A stretch of 56,889 nt of DNA from positions 1 through 56,889 of the forward strand of contig CADCQK010000259.1 of assembly GCA_902803575.1 (NCBI GenBank). Reading direction: 5' to 3'. This document shows positions 50,636 through 56,889 of this stretch, piece after piece (within the stretch, counting starts at the first letter, position 1; every line of letters begins with the position of its first letter). This DNA comes from Oscillospiraceae bacterium. Its GTDB lineage: Bacteria > Bacillota > Clostridia > Oscillospirales > Oscillospiraceae. The translations under genes and the position numbers were made by a program. The notes below the pieces were generated by a model, which saw only the letters and a list, made by a program, of their open reading frames with translations, did no database searches and was not told where the DNA came from.

Positions 50636-52399
50636 TCACGGGTTTTGCGACAGCTTTTGAACCAGTGCCTCGTCCGAGGAAGCCAGGATCGTCTGGTACG
50701 TGGTATAGAGCACCATGCCCGGCAGTGCGCCGGCAGGCTTTCGCACGTTACGAACCATGGTGTAGTCCACGGGCACCTTGCCGCCGTCCCGTCCCTGGGA
50801 GTAATAGACGGCCAGAGCGGCTGCCTGCTCAATGGTGGTCTCATCCGGCTCTGCGTCCAGACAGCGGACGATCACGTGAGAGCCGTGGATCTTCTGCACA
50901 TGGAGCCAGAGGTCGGTTCTTCTGGCGAGGCGGTGCGTCAGCTCGTCGTTCTGGGCGTTGGAGCGGCCAACCAGGATCTCGAAGCCCGTATCGGATACAA
51001 ACCGCAGCGGCGCCCGGGGCTTCAGCTTTTCCTTCTTTTTGGACTTCTCCGGCTTCAGATAACCGGTCTGCCGCAGCTCGGCGCGAACATCCGCAAGATC
51101 CTGCTCACTCTCCGCGCGCTGGAGCACATCCAGAACGCTGTTGAGATAGGCAAGCTGCTTCTCCCCCTCGGCGATCAGGCCGGTGAGGTGCTGCTCGGCG
51201 GTCTTTGCCTTCTGATACTGCTTGTAGAGCGCGGCGGCATTCTGCTGAGGCGTTTTCAGCGGGTCCAGGCGGATCTCCACCGTGGGGTAAGCTTCCTCAT
51301 AGAAATCCTCCGCCAGCAGCTTGGTGTCGCCCTTTTTCATTCGGTAGAGGTTCGCGGTGATCAGGTCGGCCTTACGCCTCAGCTGCTCCCGGTCCTCGCT
51401 GCGGTGGAGCTCCTCCGTCCGTAGGGCCAGCTTTTTCGCCGTGCGATCCCGGAGGGTTTTCACGGTTTTCGTCAGAGTCTGGGACTTGCGCCGCATGGAC
51501 TCGGCCTTGTCCCGCCGGAGGTAGAACTCATCCAGCAATTCGGAAAAGCTGTCTCTGGTTTCTGCCTGCAGGGCATCACCGTATTGCGTGATTGGGATCG
51601 CGCTGAAGTCCTTAGGCTTGTCCCCGTCCAGCAGGATCACCGGATGGAGATCCGAAGCGTTGACCTGCTCACAAAGCGCATCCATCTCGCAGAGGAAGGC
51701 TTCCTGCTGATCCTCCGTCAGAGACAGGAATCGCGGTGCTGTCTCTCCGAAAGCACGGTGGCAGAGCTCTCTGCACAGCAGCGGCGAGAGACCGGAAAAG
51801 GTCTTCAAAAGCCAGTCGTCCAAAGCGGCGCCGGCCTCCATTTGATCCAGCAGTTCCCTTCTCTGCTCCGGAGTAGTGTCGAAGAATGCCGGCTTCTCCT
51901 GCTTCGGCGGCAGACGATAGAGCATCCCCGGCAGCAGCGGCCGCACGGCGCTCATGGCGGAGTCCACCCTCCGCATGCAGTCCAGAATCAGGCCGTCCGG
52001 GCCGGTCAGGATCACGTTGGACTGGCGGCCCATCATTTCCACCGCCAGGGTCTTTTCCGTCTCGTTTCCAAGCTCATCTCTTGCGTCCAGACGCAGCAGG
52101 AGGATGCGCTCCCCCTCCGGCTGTTCCACCTCCCGGATCCGGGCGCCCACCAGATGCTTTCGAAGGAGCATGCAGAACATGGGCGGCTCGGCGGGGTTTT
52201 CGAAGCGCCCTTCGGTCAGGTGGACTCTTGCGCTGCCCACACCACCGTGGATCAGAAGTCTGCCGTTGCCATTCAAAAGGCGCAGGCTGAGCAGCAGCAT
52301 GTCCCGCTCGGGCTGCTGCACCTTATCGATTTTCGCGCCGGTGATGCGCGTTTTCAGCTCTCCGGTGACCCCGGAGAGAAAGACTGCATCCAGCGGCAT
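50636..52399 (-). CDS. rqcH: Ribosome quality control factor RqcH (NFACT / FbpA family)
   Basis: Starts MPLDAVFLSGVTGELKTRITGAKIDKVQQPERDMLLLSL. A coiled-coil middle region and a C-terminal NFACT-R region with HGSHVIV. Confidence 0.85.
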   Translation of the reverse strand: MPLDAVFLSGVTGELKTRITGAKIDKVQQPERDMLLLSLRLLNGNGRLLIHGGVGSARVHLTEGRFENPAEPPMFCMLLRKHLVGARIREVEQPEGERILLLRLDARDELGNETEKTLAVEMMGRQSNVILTGPDGLILDCMRRVDSAMSAVRPLLPGMLYRLPPKQEKPAFFDTTPEQRRELLDQMEAGAALDDWLLKTFSGLSPLLCRELCHRAFGETAPRFLSLTEDQQEAFLCEMDALCEQVNASDLHPVILLDGDKPKDFSAIPITQYGDALQAETRDSFSELLDEFYLRRDKAESMRRKSQTLTKTVKTLRDRTAKKLALRTEELHRSEDREQLRRKADLITANLYRMKKGDTKLLAEDFYEEAYPTVEIRLDPLKTPQQNAAALYKQYQKAKTAEQHLTGLIAEGEKQLAYLNSVLDVLQRAESEQDLADVRAELRQTGYLKPEKSKKKEKLKPRAPLRFVSDTGFEILVGRSNAQNDELTHRLARRTDLWLHVQKIHGSHVIVRCLDAEPDETTIEQAAALAVYYSQGRDGGKVPVDYTMVRNVRKPAGALPGMVLYTTYQTILASSDEALVQKLSQNP

Positions 52400-52400
52400 A

Positions 52401-52883
52401 TCAGGCCCTCCCTACGGCGTGGACAGCGTTGAAGAGCTCCGCCAGCCGCTTTGTCTCCCCACGGAGCCACAGCCAGCCAAAGAGGGTCTCCAGTCCGGTA
52501 GCGGCATGATACTCCGAGACATTGGCGTGCTGCGGCACCGAGTTCACCTTGGCGTTGCGGCCCCGCTTATAGACCGCCATCTCCGCATCGGTGAGCAGCG
52601 GCAGCATGGATTCCACGGCGGCAGCCTGGGCAGGGGCGTTGACGCGGCGCACCGTCTCCCGGTGGAGATTCTGAACATGGGTGACCCCCGCCTGCGCCAG
52701 TGCCGTGCGCATCATGAGCTCATAGACGCCGTCCCCGATGTGGGCCAGAGCCAGAACGCTGTATGCGCCGGCCTCAGCGTCGCTGAGCTTCGGTGCAAAG
52801 CCGTCCCCTGAAATGTATTCAACCGGTTTCGCGGGGCCGCCCGAAGGCAGCCCCGCGGTGTTTGCATTAGATTTCATCGTCAT
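52401..52883 (-). CDS. mrnC: Mini-ribonuclease 3
   Basis: LALAHIGDGVYELMMR, RGRNAK and TGLETLFGWLWL motifs. Confidence 0.8.
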   Translation of the reverse strand: MTMKSNANTAGLPSGGPAKPVEYISGDGFAPKLSDAEAGAYSVLALAHIGDGVYELMMRTALAQAGVTHVQNLHRETVRRVNAPAQAAAVESMLPLLTDAEMAVYKRGRNAKVNSVPQHANVSEYHAATGLETLFGWLWLRGETKRLAELFNAVHAVGRA

Positions 52884-55512
52884 TCGATTCCTCTGTGGTG
52901 GGATCCGCGAAATCCATCTGGGTGCGCAGGACCTCGCCGGGGGCGGTGCCCTGCACCAGCTGCATCTCCTGCCACTGCTCTCTGGTGATCAGGATCTTTC
53001 TGGGCTTGGAGCCCTCAAAGGGGCCGACCACACCCATTTCCTCCATCTGATCCACCAGACGGGCGGCACGGGAGTAGCCCAGCTTCAATCTTCTCTGGAG
53101 CATGGAGACGGAGGCCTGTCCGGTCTCCAGGATCACATCCACACCCTGCGGCAGCAGCTCGTCGTAGTCGCTGTCCTTGTCGGCGGGAGCGGCATCATGT
53201 CCGCCGGAGGAGGAAGATCCGGAGCCCTTGGTGTCAGCCTTGACGGCGTTCTGATCCACCTGATCCATGATGTCCTGACTGTAGTCCGCCTCGGAGTTCT
53301 GCTTGATGAAGTTGATGACCTCCTCGCGCTCCTCATCCGACACGAAGGCACCCTGCACACGCAGCGGCTTGCCCAGCGTCACGGGGGCATAGAGCATATC
53401 GCCGTTGCCCATGAGCTTCTCGGCGCCGGGGTTGTCGAGGATGATGCGGCTCTCCAGTGCGGAGGAGACGCTCAGCGCGATGCGGCTGGGGATGTTGGCC
53501 TTCATCAGGCCGGTGATCACGTCCGCGGAGGGACGCTGGGTTGCGATGATCAGGTGCATGCCTGCAGCACGGCCCATCTGTGCCACACGGCAGATGCTCT
53601 CCTCCACCTCTTTGGCTGCGCAGAGCATGAGGTCCGCCAGCTCGTCGATGATGATGACCACCGTGGGCAGCTTTTCGCCTTCGGGGTCGTTCTCCTGCAG
53701 CTCGTTGTAGCTCTTCAGATCGCGGACCTGAACCTCGGAGAACAGGCGGTAGCGCTTGAGCATCTCAACCACCGCCCACTGGAGGGCGCCGGCGGCTTTC
53801 TTCGGATCATTGACCACGGGGATATACAGGTGCGGGATGCCGTTGTAGACCGTGAACTCCACCATCTTGGGGTCGATCATGATGAGACGCACCTCGTCCG
53901 GCGTCGCCTCATAGAGCAGAGACAGGATCAGAGCGTTCAGGCACACGGACTTACCGGAACCGGTGGTGCCGGCGATCAGCATATGCGGCAGACGGGAGAT
54001 GTTTCCGATGATGTTGTTGCCGCCGATGTCCTTGCCGACCGCGAAGGATACCTTGCTCTTGGCATTGCGGAAGTCGTTGGTGTCGATGATGTCTCTGAGA
54101 CCGATGGTGCTCTTGACCTTGTTCGGCACCTCGATGCCCACGGTGGACATCTTGTCCGGCACCGGGGCGATGCGGACATTCTCCACGCCCAGCGCCAGAG
54201 CCAGATCGTTGGCAAGGTTCGTGATCTTGTTGAGCTTTACGCCCGCCTCCAGCTGGAGGTCATAGCGGGTAACCGTGGGGCCGCGGGTGATGTCACAGAT
54301 GTTGGCATTGACGCCGAAGCTGTTGAGGGCAGTCTCCAGCCGGTCACGGTTGAAGCTGACCTCCTCCGAGGCATCGGCCCGGCTGCGGGTCCCGGCCTTC
54401 AGGAAGGAGACCGGCGGCAGCTGATAGGCGGCGTGCTCCCCTGACTGACTGTCAATGGCGGAGGCGATGGCAGCGGTCTCCGCAGCCACGGCGGCGGCAG
54501 CGGCCTTCTTGGTGCCCTTGACGCCGCTGACCTTCTCACCTTCTTCACTGCTGAGATCCACACCGGCCAGATCGGCGGCCTCCTCCATGGTGAGGGGCTT
54601 GACGTTGGTGGTGTCCTTTACAGAGGGCTTGCGCTCCGGCTCTCCGTCCAGCGGAATATCGAAGGTCCAGTTGGTCTTTTGCAGCTTTGCCGCAGGCTTC
54701 TGTGCCTGCACCTGAGTGGGCTGCAGCTGTGCTTTCGGCTTCACCGGCTCCAGCGGCTGCTCAGCAGCGGTGGGAGGCGGCGTGCGGCGGGCAGTTCGCG
54801 TGGCGACGGGCTTCACCGGCTCGTCGTAGAAATCATCGTAGGAATCCTCAGGGGTATATTTTGCCTCGCTGCGCTCCTGGAGCCAGGAGACAAACTTCCG
54901 GATGGTGAAATAGAAGCACCGCAGCAAACAGTAGACAAAGGCCAGAAGCAGCAGCGGGATCGCCACATACTTGCTCAGCGCCGCCTGCAGCAGCATGGCA
55001 AGGCCGCCCGCGATGACGCCGCCGGCTGCGCCCGCCTGCCCGTTCAGATAGAGCTCCCCGATCATGGCGCCCACGTCCCCCTCGGTGAAGTTCACCTTGC
55101 AGAGGATCAGATGCAGAAAACCGCCCATGAGGATCGGCAGCAGGATCGCGGACGCAATGCGGAAAGCCACGCTCTCCCGGTTCCGCGCCACAAGGATCCA
55201 CGCCAGCAGCGCCATGGCAAAGGGAAACGCCCAGTAGCCATAGCCGATGATGCCCATGAGGAAGCTTCTGAAATACCGCAGCAGGAAGCCGTCGTTGGAG
55301 CCCTCCTGCAGGAAGAAGCCGATGAAGGCCAGGATCCCCAGCAGCAGCGCAATTCCCGCATAGACCCACATCATGGGCACCGCGGGCTCCTTCGGCTCCG
55401 GAGCCGCCGCAGCCGTGGTCTTTTTCTTCGACGACGACTTGGTGGGCGCACCCTTCACCGGAGGCCGCTTGGCGGTGGGTTTCGTTTTGTTGTTGGAACT
55501 TGCTTTCGCCAT
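52867..55512 (-). CDS. ftsK: DNA translocase FtsK/SpoIIIE
   Basis: N-terminal TM segments, a linker, a motor with PHMLIAGTTGSGKSV and IIIDELADLM, and a C-terminal gamma wHTH with SVSMLQRRLKLGYSRAARLVDQME. Confidence 0.95.
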   Translation of the reverse strand: MAKASSNNKTKPTAKRPPVKGAPTKSSSKKKTTAAAAPEPKEPAVPMMWVYAGIALLLGILAFIGFFLQEGSNDGFLLRYFRSFLMGIIGYGYWAFPFAMALLAWILVARNRESVAFRIASAILLPILMGGFLHLILCKVNFTEGDVGAMIGELYLNGQAGAAGGVIAGGLAMLLQAALSKYVAIPLLLLAFVYCLLRCFYFTIRKFVSWLQERSEAKYTPEDSYDDFYDEPVKPVATRTARRTPPPTAAEQPLEPVKPKAQLQPTQVQAQKPAAKLQKTNWTFDIPLDGEPERKPSVKDTTNVKPLTMEEAADLAGVDLSSEEGEKVSGVKGTKKAAAAAVAAETAAIASAIDSQSGEHAAYQLPPVSFLKAGTRSRADASEEVSFNRDRLETALNSFGVNANICDITRGPTVTRYDLQLEAGVKLNKITNLANDLALALGVENVRIAPVPDKMSTVGIEVPNKVKSTIGLRDIIDTNDFRNAKSKVSFAVGKDIGGNNIIGNISRLPHMLIAGTTGSGKSVCLNALILSLLYEATPDEVRLIMIDPKMVEFTVYNGIPHLYIPVVNDPKKAAGALQWAVVEMLKRYRLFSEVQVRDLKSYNELQENDPEGEKLPTVVIIIDELADLMLCAAKEVEESICRVAQMGRAAGMHLIIATQRPSADVITGLMKANIPSRIALSVSSALESRIILDNPGAEKLMGNGDMLYAPVTLGKPLRVQGAFVSDEEREEVINFIKQNSEADYSQDIMDQVDQNAVKADTKGSGSSSSGGHDAAPADKDSDYDELLPQGVDVILETGQASVSMLQRRLKLGYSRAARLVDQMEEMGVVGPFEGSKPRKILITREQWQEMQLVQGTAPGEVLRTQMDFADPTTEESNDDEI

Positions 55513-55540
55513 GAAAGTACTCCTTACAATGAATTTACAA

Positions 55541-56377
55541 TCAGAAGATCAGCGAGAGGATCAGCGTCAGCGCGCCGGCGCCCCAGCAGTAATAGCAGAA
55601 GCTGCCGAAGCGGCCGCTGCGGGTGATCCGGGTCACCAGCCGGATGGCAAAGACGCCTACAACCGCTGCGATCACGGTGCCGATCAGATAGGCCGGGATC
55701 AGCGAGGCGTCGATTCCCTCCCGAACCGCATCGACAAAGGTCAGGATCGCAGAGCCCAGCACCGCCGGGACGGACATCAGGAAGGAAAACTTTACCGCGA
55801 AGTCCCGGTCCAGCCCTCTCGCCATGCCTGCGGTGATGGTGGTGCCGGAGCGGGAGATGCCCGGGATCACCGCCACACACTGGCAGATGCCGATCAGCAG
55901 CGCGTCCAGCGCGGTCATGCTCTTTGCGTCCCGATTGCCCTGGGGCATTTTGTCGGAGACATAGAGGATGCAGCCGGTCAGCAGGAAAAACAGGCCGATG
56001 GCGAAGGTGTGGTAATAGAGCTGCTCCAGCTCGCTTTTGATTGGCAGGATCAGCGCCAGCGGGATCGTTGCGATCACGATCATCACCACGAATCGCGCCA
56101 TGGGCAGGGTCGGCTGCCGCTTCCCTTTTTCGCTGCCGCCCCCGGTGAACAGGAGGATCAGCTCCTGCACCATGGAGACGATATCCCTCCAGTAGACGAC
56201 CAGGATGGAGATCAGCGTGCCGAAATGCAGCAGCACATCAAAGAACAGGTGTCCCTGCTCCGTGGTGGACATATGAAACAAGTTTTGCAGCACCGACAGA
56301 TGCCCGGAGCTGGAGATGGGCAGAAACTCCGCGATGCCCTGCACCAGACCCAGTATGATGGCATTGAGAATCGACAC
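55541..56377 (-). CDS. uppP: Undecaprenyl-diphosphate phosphatase
   Basis: GLVQGIAEFLPISSSGHL and PGISRSGTTI motifs. GTG at 56377 (8 nt after GGAGG) preferred over the TTG at 56383. Confidence 0.9.
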   Translation of the reverse strand: MSILNAIILGLVQGIAEFLPISSSGHLSVLQNLFHMSTTEQGHLFFDVLLHFGTLISILVVYWRDIVSMVQELILLFTGGGSEKGKRQPTLPMARFVVMIVIATIPLALILPIKSELEQLYYHTFAIGLFFLLTGCILYVSDKMPQGNRDAKSMTALDALLIGICQCVAVIPGISRSGTTITAGMARGLDRDFAVKFSFLMSVPAVLGSAILTFVDAVREGIDASLIPAYLIGTVIAAVVGVFAIRLVTRITRSGRFGSFCYYCWGAGALTLILSLIF

Positions 56378-56459
56378 AGTCAATACCTCCAGAAAGCGGA
56401 AAAATCACATTATGTAACCCTGAATGTATATCATAGCATACTTTTCGAAAAAGCACAAG

Positions 56460-56490
56460 GGCAGATTTCATGAAGATCATGAAATCTGCC
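56460..56490 (-). terminator. Terminator-like hairpin downstream of the aminopeptidase gene
   Basis: GGCAGATTTCAT-7 nt-ATGAAATCTGCC. On the minus strand it is followed by CTTGTGCTTTTT. Confidence 0.5.
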
Positions 56491-56518
56491 GCGAATGTGT
56501 TGGAATTTCAGCTGTTTT

Positions 56519-56889
56519 TCAGTCCTGATAGGCCGCCAGAACGCCCTTATAGGTCATCCAGCAGTCCAGCTTGGAGACGACTTCAAAGGGGGCGTGCATG
56601 CTCAGTACCGGGACGCCGGCGTCGATGGTGTCGATGTTCCGCTCGGCCATGAACTTGGCAATGGTGCCGCCGCCGCCCTGGTCCACCTTGCCCAGCTCGC
56701 ACATCTGCCAGATGACGTTGTTCTCCGCAAAGAGCTTGCGCAGATAGGCCACGATCTCGGCGGAGGCGTCGCTGGTGCCGCTCTTACCGCGGGCGCCGGT
56801 GTACTTGCAGATGCCCATGCCGTAGTTGATCTTGGCCTCGTTGCGCTTCTCACTGACCTCGGGATAGTTGGGGTCGAAGGCGTTGCAGA
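56519..56889 (-). CDS. M18 family (aspartyl) aminopeptidase, C-terminal part; the gene continues beyond the window edge
   Basis: The frame stays open to the window end. DPNYPEV..., GGGGTIAKF, DAGVPVLSMHAPFE motifs. Confidence 0.8.
   Translation of the reverse strand, partial: CNAFDPNYPEVSEKRNEAKINYGMGICKYTGARGKSGTSDASAEIVAYLRKLFAENNVIWQMCELGKVDQGGGGTIAKFMAERNIDTIDAGVPVLSMHAPFEVVSKLDCWMTYKGVLAAYQD

Noticed and set aside
50418-50639. 73-aa minus-strand ORF and plus-strand TATAAT (50451-50456) in the AT-rich spacer
   Set aside because: The ORF overlaps the rqcH stop region, has no SD and has odd composition. The TATAAT has no acceptable -35 and would drive antisense transcription. I could not recognise any known ncRNA.

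Overview
GC-rich chromosomal window from a spore-forming Firmicute with SLH-anchored surface proteins. Gene content suggests Clostridia, possibly Oscillospirales, but I cannot verify the taxon here. I call about 60 protein genes and one tRNA-Gly(UCC). I saw no rRNA, CRISPR, transposase, integrase or phage genes. Positions 1-28 kb are housekeeping and cell-envelope genes: cotF-like, U32 (TrhP/YrrO-like), mltG, tagA-family, Sir2, an aconitase-family hydratase, an FMN hydroxyacid dehydrogenase, a roughly 1196-aa SLH-anchored protein with three complete subtilase modules, ispD-ispF-nth-trmO, a PrsA-like PPIase, an NlpC/P60-SLH hydrolase, upp, tsaB-tsaE, rodA/ftsW and an LCP ligase. The stand-out region is 28.0-50.3 kb, a roughly 21 kb co-directional minus-strand block. 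It joins three parts. (a) A Wzx/Wzy-type glycopolymer kit: small phosphoglycosyl transferase, DegT aminotransferase, LbH acetyltransferase, polymerase and flippase, with no recognisable Leloir glycosyltransferase. (b) Three carboxylate-activating enzymes (two ATP-grasp ligases and an adenylating enzyme with a DltC-like carrier protein), plus an acyl-ACP thioesterase. (c) A set of central-metabolism look-alikes: two MmgE/PrpD paralogs, an aldo-keto reductase, a single-chain phosphonopyruvate/sulfopyruvate-decarboxylase-like ThDP enzyme, an unassigned 300-aa enzyme, a long CitE/HpcH-like lyase, a two-subunit Fe-S hydro-lyase and a truncated pyruvate-kinase-like protein. No recognisable PEP mutase is present. 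I interpret this as a candidate undescribed pathway that builds an unusual acidic substituent and attaches it to a wall polymer. This is inference only. The right end carries rqcH, mrnC, ftsK, uppP and a partial M18 aminopeptidase. Many very long ORFs in the track are antisense shadows of real genes, a known artefact of GC-rich DNA, and I rejected them.
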